Shown here: positions 40,741 through 53,415 of the stretch, in pieces
Numbering within the stretch: position 1 is the stretch's first letter
Layout: the number at the start of each line of letters is the position of its first letter
From: Octopus vulgaris
Lineage: Eukaryota
DNA: 64,000 nt
Direction of reading: 5' to 3'
Assembly (NCBI GenBank): GCA_951406725.2
Contig: OX597831.1
Location: 58,218,001 to 58,282,000 of the forward strand
The notes under the pieces: generated by a model
The model's input: only the letters and a program-made list of their open reading frames with translations
Told to the model about the DNA's origin: nothing
The model's database searches: none
Position numbers and translations under genes: made by a program

Positions 40741-40827
40741 TAAAACATTAATGAGTGCGTGTGTTACATAAATAATATTTTCAGGTTTAAATAAAAAGAT
40801 ATACATATATATATATATATATATATA

Positions 40828-41095
40828 TGTAAATATGATATGTGACAATTATTCGGTAGCCATGATAAAACTCCGAGTTTCGGATGTCAGGGCGGAAACC
40901 CACGCCGCCATCTCTTCAGCTATGTGGCGATCGAAAAAAAACTGAAGAGATAGCGGCGTGGGTTTCCGCCCCGACATCTGAAACTTGGAGTTTTTTTCGT
41001 GGCTACCGAATAATTGTCACATATTATATTTACAGATAAATTCCGCTATGTACATAATATCGAGGTCTCTTTCATTCTTTTGTTGTCTTACCATT
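40828..41095. mobile_element. Fold-back hammerhead element: 92-bp inverted arms plus ~60-nt tail, between (TA)n and (CT)n
   Basis: 40828-40919 is approximately the reverse complement of 40942-41034; each arm carries CTGAAGA-GAT..ATC-GAAA-CT(C/T)GGAG-TT. Confidence 0.85.
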
Positions 41096-41142
<47 letters not shown>

Positions 41143-41210
41143 TAATAGCAATTAAGGGTATGATTTTCGGTATGTGGTAATGCATTTCTTTTGCTGACCC
41201 CTCAATATTA

Positions 41211-41263
<53 letters not shown>

Positions 41264-41281
41264 GTTTAAATATTTGTTGTG

Positions 41282-41326
<45 letters not shown>

Positions 41327-41358
41327 ATACACACGCACACACAGACACACACAGACAG

Positions 41359-41402
<44 letters not shown>

Positions 41403-42179
41403 GTGTATTAAAAGAATCGTATAGTGATTCTTCATCTTGGGAGTCCACAGACTTATTATATACATTGTAAATATCTTGTAATGGAAGAAACGCTAAAACT
41501 CACAGTCAAATGATAAAAAAAAAAACCTTTCACAAAAATTGCATTTTCTGGATTGATATGTCAAGCGGTTAATCTCAATTGCTGAATTTTGCTGAACTAA
41601 AAATAACTACTCATTTTATTTTGACTTTCGGCACTTTCTATGCACACATCATTATCGCACATGTACAACGAATAAGAAGGCGCAATGATGGGAGAAACGT
41701 GTTAACACTAAGTGGAAAAGGTGATAAATTTTAATTAATATAAAGCGAAGACGTTTATATTTATTCTATAACGAAGTTTCAGCAACGAAAAATAATTGGA
41801 TTAGTAATGAAACGTATTTTTGTGCGCCACTCAGAAGGCAGAATTTTACTTCTTTATGCTGTTGTTCTGAAAATATATTTTACTCGTAGATTTTTCTTTG
41901 GCAATACCAAGTATAAAAATGAAACGACGACAGGATTTTCAATTTCCTTAAAAAGAGAAAATATTTGTCCGGAATCAATTACGATGGGCTTTGAAATAAC
42001 TTGCAATAAACAGCGGGAAAACGTGCTTGCTCACGGTTTCCCTTATCACTTTAGCCAGTGTTTATGACATAAAAATTAAAATCTGAGCAAACCTCTCAAC
42101 CGCTCATAAAAGCAGTGGAATGTGTTCAATGCTATGAGAAGCAAGGAAGATCTAACTTTACTGTGGCTTGTCCTGGAGA

Positions 42180-42385
42180 GATGGCAGAACCGTTAGCATG
42201 CTGCGCAAAATGTTTAGCGGCATTTCGTCCGTCTTTAGGCTTTGAACTCAAATTCTCCCGGGGTCTGCTTTGCTTTTAATCTTTCCGGGGTCGATAAAAT
42301 AATTACCAGTTGAGCTCTGGGGTCGATGTAATTAACTTATCCCCTCCCCCCAAACCGCAGGCCTTGTACCAAAATTTGAAACCAT
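42180..42385 (+). mobile_element. Diverged SINE family B
   Basis: Head, core and alternative tail similarity. Confidence 0.75.
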
Positions 42386-42454
42386 TATGTTCATTACTTT
42401 TACTTTGGCAGTCGTCGCTGTTGGCGTTGTTTTGTTGTTGTTGTTTGTTTGATT

Positions 42455-42805
42455 GTTGAGCGAAGTGGTCTTCGTCCCAGAGTGGGAGAAGTCCGAAACG
42501 TGGTCCTTTGCTATTCGTAAGACTCGCAGAAGAGAAAGCAGGTCAACCTCCGACACCGAGAGCATCGATGGATGGATGACTGTGCATCCAGGCTCAGCGG
42601 TTGCGTAGGAAGTCGGAGATAAGAAACAGGAAGAAAGTTGGAGCGAAAGAATACAACAGGGGGCGCCCCCCCCCCCTGCCGGAGCCTCGTGGAGCTTTAG
42701 GTGTTTTCGCTTAATAAACACACACAACGCCCGGTCTGGGAATCGAAACCGCGATCCTCTGACTGCGAGTCCGCTGCCCTGACCACTGGGCCATTGCGCC
42801 TCCAC
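42455..42805 (-). mobile_element. SINE family C (same tail as 37888)
   Basis: Reverse complement is colinear with 37888-38263. Confidence 0.88.
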
Positions 42806-42959
42806 TGTTGTTGCTGTTCTTGTTCACGTTGCTATGACTATTTTTGCTGGCTCGTTGTTATTGTTGTTGCTCTTGCTTTTTCTGTTTCTTTCCTGAAATA
42901 GTTTTCTTTTTTTTTACTTGCTGAGGTCAGAGGAAGGTGTGAGTCTCATGACCTTTGCA

Positions 42960-44020
42960 GGTCCTTGGAAATTGATGAGATCGACGCCGTTAATGTTCCG
43001 TTTAAACTATTGTTCGTCAACAACTGCAAGAAAGACTTGAGTAGGGTAGAGATTTCAGAGAGATGATATTCTGGGAGGGAAAAGACGGTGGAGAGACAAG
43101 TAGGACAAGGTTGTCTGAGTGTTGGAGAGAAGACACCACCCAATTTGGAGGAGTTGAGACCTCCTTCGGGCATGGCTGACTGGGATTGCGCCTAGAAGAT
43201 TACCCTTCAAGACACAAGTCTGGACAAGGTTGTTTATGGAAGATCAGCAGTCGCCCATGCATACCGGCCTCCCCTCTCCACGCCACAAGTGTTATCCAAG
43301 GGAAAGGCAACAGCAGATACAGCTTGGCACCTGTGACGTCGCAACTCATTTCTACAGCTGAGTGAACTGGAGCAACGTAAAATAAAGTGTCTTGCTCAAG
43401 AACACAACACGCAGCCCGGTCCGGGATTCGAACTCACAACCTCACGATCGTAAGCTCGACGCTCTAACCACTGAGCCATGCGCCTTCACAATTTGGAGGA
43501 GTAAATGCTATTATAATAGCGATGAAAAATCAAGAAGAGGAGATAGCAAGCCTGTAGACCAGGTTGGAATGCATCTGTTAGTGATGGAGTGCTAATCAGT
43601 CGAGTGACCCTACTGTAGATGCTTTCCAGTATATCAGTGAATGTAGCAGTAGCACCGTCCCAGATATGCGGTCGTGCTCCATTGTACGCTTCATTTAAGC
43701 CTTGTAGAGTGTCAGTAGCTGTTGCAGTCTGAAATATCTTTTGACTATTTCAGATGCAATTCTAGTTAAGGATGTGCTTTCACCAGTTGAGACCCTCGAC
43801 GATAGCGAGGCGCAGATGTTAGGGCAATTGTGAGGGCTATAGTTGAGTGTCTCTCATATTTAGAAGTGGGTGTGATCTGGTAGTGATTTCTTGGTATGAG
43901 TTGAGCTTGGAGTTTTTGCTGTTAAAAGAGACAAATTTGGCATGGATCCTCTTAAAGTCCCTGTAAATGGAGTCAATGTAAGTTTTGTGCGTCTGGGTTA
44001 CACGGATAGGAAACGTTTGC
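42960..44020 (-). pseudogene. Decayed CR1/L2-group LINE 3' region, split by a family D SINE
   Basis: QLLTLYKA..TMEH and FLPRISSL*NLYPTQVF..FKRNIN resemble LYKAxVRPxMEY and FFPRTxxLWNxLP..FK motifs. Confidence 0.6.
43155..43488 (-). mobile_element. SINE family D (tRNA head plus CORE-like region), different tail from 22945
   Basis: TGGCTCAGTGG / GAGTTCGAATCCC boxes; 14-bp TSD CAATTTGGAGGAGT at 43141-43154 and 43489-43502. Confidence 0.9.
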
Positions 44021-44102
44021 GAGGAATGAAGGGTTTTGTCATTTACATACGAGAGGGCGTGGTTGGATGTGGCGGCACGTGGACATTTATATATAAAAGG
44101 AA

Positions 44103-44327
44103 AGGCGGCGAGCTGGCAGAAACGTTAGCACGCCGGGCGAAATGCGTAGCCGTATTTCGTCTGTCGTTACGTTCCGAGTTCAAATTCCGCCGAGGTCGAC
44201 TTTGCCTTTCATCCTTTCGGGGTCGATAAATTAAGTGCCTGTTACGCACTGGGGTCGATGTAATCGACTTAATCCGTTTGTCTGTCCTTGTTTGTCGTCT
44301 CTGTGTTTAGCCCCTTGTGGGTAGTAA

Positions 44328-44330
<3 letters not shown>
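44103..44330 (+). mobile_element. SINE family B, full length
   Basis: Near-identical to 5127-5361. Confidence 0.9.
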
Positions 44331-44370
<40 letters not shown>

Positions 44371-45537
44371 GAAATGAGTAGGGATTAGAGTCTGACCTTG
44401 GGGAACACCACCAGAGTTGGCTGAGAGTAGGGCAGATAAAGTATGTTAATACATGGTACAAACGCACAAAACTCTCTGTATATCTATATATATAAAACTC
44501 AACTTGTGTGTCTGCGTGTGTATCTGTGTGTCTCTGTGTTTAACTTTTGGATCTACCAAGTTTCATTATTAAGGATGGAAAGTAGTGTGTAGCAAATCTA
44601 TATATATATAAAGCTGAAGTTGTCTGTGTGTGGCAGGTTTGGTAGCCTTCCACTAATACTATCTCCTTCGAGACCCTGCAGCGCAAGTTGACCAAAGTTG
44701 AGAGTATGATAGAAGAAGGCTTGCTCTTCATTCTGTAGAAGATAAAATTAAAATCGGACCATGTTAACACCAAAAATTATTTACATCAAAAAGGTGCTTT
44801 TTTTTCTATGAAAATCCCTGAAAGGAAGTTGCTGTTCCAGGCGATAAAAAATAAGTGGAGCTCGTAAACAGGAATAAGTCTAAGAAGTAACAATCACCAA
44901 CGCCACTAGCAGCAGCTGCAACTCAACAAAATCACCAGAAAGAAGTAGAACAATGGCAACAATAAAAAACACCAAGATCAACTGCTAAGAACGAAATAAT
45001 TTTGAATGTTACACATTGTATCACCTGCGGCAAGTTACAAATAGTTGTCATTTGTATCTGTATGGTTACAATTTGGAAACAAGAATATCTCCAACTCCAA
45101 ACACACACGTAAAAAACAAAATGTTGTTTTGCCTTAGGTCAGCCTGTTTATTCAAAATTATGATCAAAAAACATTCCAGCTGTGATTGTCTATTTTTTCT
45201 GACGAATTACATCTTATACTGCATTGCCAAATGTATCCTTCCTTTCAAGGAAGGACGTTGTGGTCTGGGAATAATTTTGCTTCTATATCTATCAAGTCTA
45301 AACCATTGAGGTCTCCTTTGTTAGCTCGAACAAATGGCATACAAATACTTTATTAATGGCATATATGAAAATGTAGGAGCAATAGTCTTATATACAACGA
45401 AGTATATATAGAATATACACCCTAAAACTAAATACCAAAGATAAACAAAAGTATATAAAAGGTGTATACAAATCTCTAAATACAAATAGTATATAGAAAA
45501 GTTATATAAATGAAGAGCTAAAATAATCTATCTATCA

Positions 45538-45627
<90 letters not shown>

Positions 45628-45830
45628 ATATCTATCTATCTATCTACCTATCTATCTATCTGTCTTTCTGCATCTATCTGTATGTGATGCATAAAACGCA
45701 CAAAACTCTCTGTATATCTATATCTATAAAACTCAACTTGTGTGTTTGTGTGTGTATCTGTGTGTCTGTGTGTTTAACTTTTGGATCTGCCAAGTTTCAT
45801 TATTAAGGATGGAAAGTAGTGTGTAGCAAA

Positions 45831-46209
45831 TCTATATATATAAAGCTGAAGTTGTCTGTGTGTGGCAGGTTTGGTAGCCTTCAACTAATACTATCTCCTT
45901 CGAGACCCTGCAGCGCAAGTTGACCAAAATTGAGAGTATGATAGAAGAAGGCTTGCTCTTCATTCTGTAGAAGATAAAATTCAAATCGGACCATGTTAAC
46001 ACCAAAAATTATTTACATCAAAAAGGTGCATTTTTTCTATGAAAATCCCTATTTTTGACTGTTGTGTCACCATTTTTCGGTGTATTTCAACTGAAAAAAT
46101 GTTCACTTGAAGAGAAGAACAAGTTGCATAATGCAAAACTTTTACTTTTCAAAAATTCCAATTCTAAAGGGTCGAAACAAACCCAAGCAACACCGACTGA
46201 TACTGTTAG
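45831..46209 (+). mobile_element. Non-autonomous Helitron-like element
   Basis: Starts A|TCTATATATATAAAGCTG; ends with a degenerate hairpin CCCAAGCAACACCG..TACTGTTAG|T; truncated duplicate at 44597-44819. Confidence 0.65.
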
Positions 46210-46760
46210 TATATATATAAATGTGTAGATGTGTGCATAAATACATTTCAATGTCTCTCTGTGTATATGCATGTTGTTTAACTTTTTGTAGACACACACA
46301 AACATTCAAATTTATATATATGCATACATATATACATACATACATAATATATATCTATATATATAAAACTGAGAATGCGTGTCTGTTTGTCTGCGTGAAT
46401 CCATAAAATTTGAGAACTACACAACCAATTACATTCAAATTTTACACATGCCTTACATAGGGTCCATGGGCTTAGGGATGACTGCTCACCGCCACCAGCC
46501 GGCAGTCAGCACTACGGCGATCAGAGCTTGCTCTGAGCTCCGTAGGGATGACTGCTCACCGCCACCAGCGACCCATCCGCTCCACTCCACATATGTAAAT
46601 AGCGTTTTAGGCAACGAAAACATGAAATAGGATTACATCGAAAACGAAATTGTTTTGCGAACAACGAAAGCAACAGATGTAAAAACAAGATAGGCAACAC
46701 AAAAGCATGTGTGTGTATGCATGTGTGTATATATATATATATATATATATGTGTATATGC

Positions 46761-46824
<64 letters not shown>

Positions 46825-46873
46825 GCGTGTATATGTATATATGTGTATATGCATATATGTATATGTGTATATA

Positions 46874-46922
<49 letters not shown>

Positions 46923-47149
46923 GTGTATGTGTGTGCATGTGTATGTGTGTGTATGTATGTGTGTATTGTATGTGTATGTATGTGTATGTATGTATGTATG
47001 TGTATGTATGTATGTGTATGTATGTATGTGTATGTATGTATGTGTATGTATGTATGTTTATGTATGTATGTATATGTATGTATGTATATGTATGTATGTG
47101 TATGTATGTATCAATATGTATGTTTGTGTATGTGTATATGCGTATACAT

Positions 47150-47959
47150 GTATGTACAATCTCACGTACAAATATGCAACAGCGTGTTAGGCAACGAAAA
47201 CATGAAATACGAAGAAATCGAAGACGAACTTATTTTGCGAACAACGAAAGAAGAAAGGCAGGCAACATAAGAACAGCTATCCAGTTATCGGCTGTTTTAT
47301 CCACTCTGCATTTCGACAAAATGCGTCTTCGTCTCAAACTGTTTCGGTTAAAAGAAATTAAAGATTTTTGTTTTACTTCTTTCATTCATGCTGGAGCAAC
47401 GCCTTTCTTCGAGCATATCGACCCCAGGACTTATTCTATGTAAGCCTAGCACTTATTCTCTCCGTCTATTTTGCCGACCCGCTAAGTTACGGCGTGTTAA
47501 CCACACCAGCATCGGTTGTCAAGCGATATTGTGGGGACAAACACTGACACATAAAGATATGTGTGTATGTGTATGTCTGTATGTATTTATGTGTATGTAT
47601 GTATGTGTATGTATGTATGTGTATGTATGTATGTGTATGTATGTATGTGCATGTATGAATGTGCATGTATGTATGTGCATGCATGTATGTGCATGCATAT
47701 ATGTGTATGTATGTGTATATAAGTATGTATGGGTATGTATGTTTATATATGTATGTACGTGGATGTATGTGTGTGTATGTTTGTGTGTGTATGTTTGTGT
47801 GTGTATGTTTGTGTGTGTATGTTTGTGTGTGTATGTATGTGTGTATGTTTGTGTGTGTATGTGTGTGTATATATGTGTGTGTATGTATGTGCGTGTATAT
47901 ATGTGTATGTGTGTGTATCTGTGTGTATGTATGTGTGCATCTGTATATAAGTGTATATA

Positions 47960-47992
<33 letters not shown>

Positions 47993-48660
47993 GTGTATGT
48001 GTGTGTGTGTGTATGTATGTGTATGTGTATGTATGTGTATGTATGTATGTGTATGTATGTTTGTGTATGTATATATATATGTATGCATGTATGTACAATC
48101 TCACGTACATATATGCAACAGCGTGTTAGGCAACGAAAACATGAAATACGAAAACATCGAAGACGAACTTATTTTCTGAACAACGAAAGAAACAAGACAG
48201 GCAACATAAGAACAGCTATCCAGTTATCGGCTGTTTTATCCACTCCGTTTTTCGACAAAATGCGTCTTCGTCTCAAACTGTTGATCCCGCTTCGGTTAAA
48301 ATAAATTTTTGATTTACTTCTTTCAGTCATGTTGGCGCAACGCCTTTAGTCGAGCAAATCGACCCAGGACTTATTCTATGTAAGCCTAGTACTTATTTTA
48401 TCCGAACCGCTAAGTTACGGCGTGTTAATTACACCAGCATCGGTTGTCAAGCGATATTGAGGGGACAAACACTGACACACAAACATACAATCACTCACAC
48501 ACACACATATATATATATATATATACATACGACCAGCTTCTTTTAGTATCCGTCTACCAAATCCACTCACAAGGGTTTGGTCGTCCCGAGGCTATAGTAG
48601 AAGACACTTGCCCAAGGTGCCACGCAGTGGGACTGAAACCGGAACCATGTGGTTCGTAAG
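47150..48660. repeat. Local tandem duplication (~940-bp unit: unique block, SINE A part, GT-rich microsatellite)
   Basis: 47150-47550 matches 48089-48480; shorter third copy at 46590-46680. Confidence 0.85.
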
Positions 48661-48818
48661 GAATTTATATTTATATATATAGATATAAAGTATTAATAGA
48701 AAGAGGTATATAAAAACCAGAATATAAGATACATGTCTTAGGCATAAAATATGAGAAAAGATGAGATATTAAAGTGTTATATTCTTGAAACCTACTAGAA
48801 TGGAACTTGTATGTATGA

Positions 48819-48871
<53 letters not shown>

Positions 48872-48874
48872 CAT

Positions 48875-48929
<55 letters not shown>

Positions 48930-48933
48930 CATA

Positions 48934-49033
<100 letters not shown>

Positions 49034-49397
49034 TACGAGAATTTTAATAGAGATAAAGCTTCAGTATATAGTACAGCTGTTGTTTCGCCCGTATATTAGC
49101 TAAAGATTAATAAATTTGATATCCGAGAAAAATTTCAGATATTTGTCTTAAAGTATTCAGAAAAGCAAATTAAGAATTCAGATGTAAGACATGAGGTATT
49201 ATTCCATTCGAATATCCACATATTTATATTAAGAGTCTGATGATAAGAATATAGAAATATATACCTGAAATATATAAAATATATAAAGGCAAATTCAAAG
49301 AAACAATTGAGAGTATTATTCCATACCTGCAGCTGTGTCAGAAAAGTTTTAACGGGTTGTCGGGGTTCCTTTCTCCAGCAAGACGGCATAACATGTG

Positions 49398-51801
49398 ATT
49401 TTTGTATTACCTACAAGGGGCGAACAAAGAGGGGACAACACAATATGATTTGGGGTCAGACTTACGTATGATAAATTACACAAAAATGAAATTTAAAAAT
49501 TTACACAAAATGACAATATATATTAGAAACGAAAAATTCGAATGATGGAACAGACCGGAAGACATTACGGATGGAGTGGGGGCGGGTTTAGCTCGGATCT
49601 CACGAGCCCCGCCTCGCCACTGATACTTGGGTTTCATCCTGTTTTACATTTATGAGGTACCATCCATACGCAACATCCGTGCTACATTCTTCCATCGTTT
49701 TTCAAACACTTTCTCAGTCAGGCATTTTCTCTCCAGCCCTATTTTCCTTTTCAGGTGGAATATGAAGTAATCCATCAGTCCAGGGCCAGAGATGAAATTG
49801 CCTGACTCTATACTTTTCAGCCTCGTCTTCCAAATCACCTCTCTCGCAATTGCAACTACAACCAGAAAACAATTCTTGCCTTCTTTCGAGAGGAAATCTG
49901 GTGGGTCAATTTTTACAATAGACTCAGTTGACAGCTGTACATTTCGTGTGTTTGACAACAGTTGTTCGGCATAAACCCACACCTCTGACACCTCCGGACA
50001 TTGAACAATAGCATGCGGAACGGTTTCTCTATCCCGCTCGCATCTTGGACATGTCGGACTGCCTCGGCCCCCATGCCTTGCGAGTTTGTCCCGAACAGGT
50101 AGAGCTCCTCTGTTACACTGCCATGCCAGAGACTTCTGAAAGTTGTCCAGGGTCTTCGGCCCGAATGTACGTTGGAACAGACTGGCCAGCTGATTATCAT
50201 CGAGACCTAGGGCTTCCCCTAAAGTATTGTCACATTGCGCTTCTACCAGCCCTTTATAAAAGAATGTGGTGGAACCCCCACCGCAGGCGTTGCCCGAGCG
50301 ACGGAATAGCAGGAGAGTCTTGAGACACTCCGTATACCATGTGCCCAGTTTCGATCTTCGATTCAACCAGGTTTCCCATCCACTGAAACTAGTGAACTTG
50401 GGAAACATCAGTTTTGCCAGCGGAGACCACACTCGTTCACCATCTAGGTAGAGCCACTGATGCCTCAACCTCAGCACATGTCTGTGCATCAACAGCCAAG
50501 GCATCCCTAGCCAACCCTTTAACGGTTGTTGACAGCAAGTAGAGCGTTTCACAAGCGGTTTCCAGTCTCTCCACAAAAAGTGAAAGAGCTGTCTTTCCAG
50601 CTTGATCGACCACGAATCAGAGCAAGGAACGACGGATAGGCGGTAGGTGATGACCGATCCGATGAACATATTGGTCACCTCCGCCCTCCCTGGCTCAATT
50701 TTCGCAGCAATGGCTCAAGAGCCATTACATACAAAAGTGGGGAGAGGGGACACCCTTGACGAACCGAGTGCTTGAAGCTGAGCGGCTTGGATAAAAAGCC
50801 GTTCACCCGAACTACCGAGTCGGTGTTGTTATAAATGTCAATGATCCACCTGAGGAAGCTAATACCTAGGCCGAACTGTGCCAGAACGGACAGCAGGTAA
50901 TGATGGTCTACTCTATCAAAAGCCTTTGATTGGTCTAAATCAACCACTGTCCCTCCTTTGCAAGAATCATTATGAAACCATTCTACAGTGTACTGTAAAA
51001 CATGGAGATTATCCTGAATGGGTCTACCGGGAAACGGCACATGCCAATGCCTTCCTGATCAAGCCATCCGCTACACGCGCAAATCTTTTCGAGTACACTT
51101 TGGCCAAAATCTTCAACTCTGTGTTTAGCAGAGTGATGTGCCGAAAATTATCAATGCAGTCCCCCGTTGTTCGGGTCCTTTCTGACAACCATCACCACTC
51201 CCCGACGCACAGATCTGGGAATGAACCCATTCTGCTGCCAGTTCGCGTAGACATTCACCAGCAGGTGCCCGAACAAGTCTGGCATACTCTTATACAGTTC
51301 ATAGGGTAGATCATCCAGTCCCGGTGCTTTACCCGCGTCGCGGTTCGCCATAGCCTCAATTACCTCCTCAGGCGTGATCAGCCTTTCACAACACTCCGCG
51401 TCAAGCTCCGAGAGGCGCGGCAGCCCGGCGAGGAAATCCGTTAGGTCCCTCTTACTATCCGGTCCGCTTCCCCCACTTCGAAAAGCTGGGCGAAGTGCTC
51501 CTGAAAGACCTCACGGCTCGGGCTCACGGCTCGGGCTCGGGCTCGTTTATCAACTTATCTCTTTGGTTCATCAAAGATCGAATTGTGCCATCGTTGCCAC
51601 GTTGGGCCTCCACCACTCGGGTCCATCCTGCTGCCTTGATTCCTTCACAACCCAATGTACGAATCCTGGCTCCAACAATGCAACCCATATATTCGGCTTC
51701 GAGATGCTGGTTTAACGCCAGCCTCTTGGCCGTCACCTGAGCTACAGAGCCAGATCCCATTGCTTCCTCCAAGTCCTTAGCTAATGATAATCCCTTCCTA
51801 T
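49398..51801 (-). mobile_element. Tx1/L1-like LINE, 5'-truncated, RT internally deleted
   Basis: KAPGLDDLPYELY, RHITLLNTELKILAK, DLDQSKAFDRVDH, SVRQGCPLSPLLY, and zf-RVT/CCHC CPRC..ETVPHAIVQC. Confidence 0.9.
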
Positions 51802-51805
51802 TATA

Positions 51806-52060
51806 TCTATATATATAAAACTGAGAATGTGTGTGTGTGTGAGTGTTTGTCTGTCTGTCTGTGTGCATCCCTAAAACTTGAGAACTACACAACCAATTTC
51901 ATTCAAATATAACACATGCCTTACTTAGGGTCCATGTAGTGTCATGGACCCCAAAAATGTTTAACTTCTTGCCTAGGGCTGGCCCACAGCAATATCATAT
52001 CTTCTCCACTATTTCAGTATTACGTGTTAAAAGTGAAATAAAAACATCTTTCTATTGTAT
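51806..52060 (+). mobile_element. Helitron-like 5' end (same family as 46354-46470)
   Basis: TCTATATATATAAAACTGAGAATG..TTGAGAACTACACAACCAATT..CATGCCTTAC.TAGGGTCCATG is shared by both copies. Confidence 0.6.
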
Positions 52061-52067
52061 GTATATG

Positions 52068-52111
<44 letters not shown>

Positions 52112-52113
52112 CA

Positions 52114-52144
<31 letters not shown>

Positions 52145-52203
52145 CTCTCTCTCTCTCTCCCCCGTCTGTCTTGATAGACAATGGGTCGCGCCAAGGGTGG
52201 GGC

Positions 52204-53304
52204 CTACTTTGATGATGAGCAGCGTCTGCTGTGACTGAACAGTCCAATTCTAGAGTGGCAGTCCCTGGTACAGTTGCTGCACACGAACATCGATGGGTAC
52301 GTGTGGGGTGTTGCTGCAGTTGTCCTCCTCCTCTCCCGCCTGTCCGACCACAGCTGTGCTCTCCTTTCCTCAGCCATGGAAACGCCTTTCCTCACTGTCC
52401 GACGCCAGGCAGAGCGGTCAGCAGCTGTTACCTCCCACGTGTCCACACAGATGTTGGCAGTCCTCAGGTTGCGCTTGCACACATCCCTATATCGTAGCTG
52501 TGGACGTCCCTTGGGTCGGGATCCCGTGGTGAGTTCGCTGTACAGGATGTCTTTAGGCATGCGACCGTCCTGCATGCGGCAGACGTGTCCGAACCAGCGC
52601 AGTCGTCTCCGCACGAGGAGGGCATGCATGCTTGGCATATTAGTCTGTTCTAGGATGACTCCGTTTGGTACTCGGTCCTTCCAGGAGATGCCAAGGATAC
52701 GTCGAAGACACCGCATGTGGAAGCCGCTGAGGCGGCATTCTTGCCGGGTGTATGTTGTCCAGCTCTCGCTGCCGTAGAGTAGAGTGCTCAGCACGCAGGC
52801 TCGGTACACTGCGATCTTGGTGGTTATTGCGAGCATGTTGTTTTCCCACACTCTCCTGGAGAGCTTAGCCATGGCAGCAGCAGCCTTCCCAATCCGTCTG
52901 TTCAGCTCCGGCTCGAGGGACAGGCTGCTGGAGACCGTCGATCTCAGGTAAGTGAACTCGTTCACCACCTGCAAGCTGTGGTCGCCGACACTGATGCTGG
53001 GGACCCCTCCGACGTCCTGGCCCATGATCTCTGTCTTTTTCAGGCCGATGGTAAGACCGAACTCTTGGCAGGCATCCGCCAGGGAGCTGACCAGCCTCTG
53101 GAGACCCGGCTGGTTGTGTGATGTTAGGGCGGCATCGTCAGCAAAGAAGATCTCTCTGATCAGCACCTGACGGACTTTGGTCTTAGCTCTGAGGCGCGCA
53201 AGATTGAACAATCCACCATCAGCCCTGGTGTGGAGGAACACTACGTCGTCGGACGTTCTGAAGGCATAGGACAGGACAAGGGAGAAGAAAATTCCGAAGA
53301 GCGT
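52204..53304 (-). CDS. Uninterrupted C-terminal RT ORF of a 5'-truncated RTE-clade LINE (element ~52161-53304)
   Basis: TLFGIFF..GGLFNLARLRAKTKV..FADDAAL..LLYGSESW..RLRWFGHV..GRPQLRYRD..CSNCTRDCHSRIGLFSHSRRC; the frame stays open upstream of the listed start, to 53304. Confidence 0.92.
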   Translation of the reverse strand, partial: TLFGIFFSLVLSYAFRTSDDVVFLHTRADGGLFNLARLRAKTKVRQVLIREIFFADDAALTSHNQPGLQRLVSSLADACQEFGLTIGLKKTEIMGQDVGGVPSISVGDHSLQVVNEFTYLRSTVSSSLSLEPELNRRIGKAAAAMAKLSRRVWENNMLAITTKIAVYRACVLSTLLYGSESWTTYTRQECRLSGFHMRCLRRILGISWKDRVPNGVILEQTNMPSMHALLVRRRLRWFGHVCRMQDGRMPKDILYSELTTGSRPKGRPQLRYRDVCKRNLRTANICVDTWEVTAADRSAWRRTVRKGVSMAEERRAQLWSDRRERRRTTAATPHTYPSMFVCSNCTRDCHSRIGLFSHSRRCSSSK

Positions 53305-53305
53305 A

Positions 53306-53408
<103 letters not shown>

Positions 53409-53415
53409 ATATATA

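Noticed and set aside
46590-48300. Repeat-spacer pattern suggestive of CRISPR
   Set aside because: Eukaryotic context; units are 90-400 bp separated by microsatellites, and there are no cas genes.
49060-49100. Minus-strand GAAAC..AGCTGTA half of a hammerhead (similar weak case at 4880-4912)
   Set aside because: No matching CUGANGA/stem II half could be identified at 49060, and the 4880 case is too degenerate to call.
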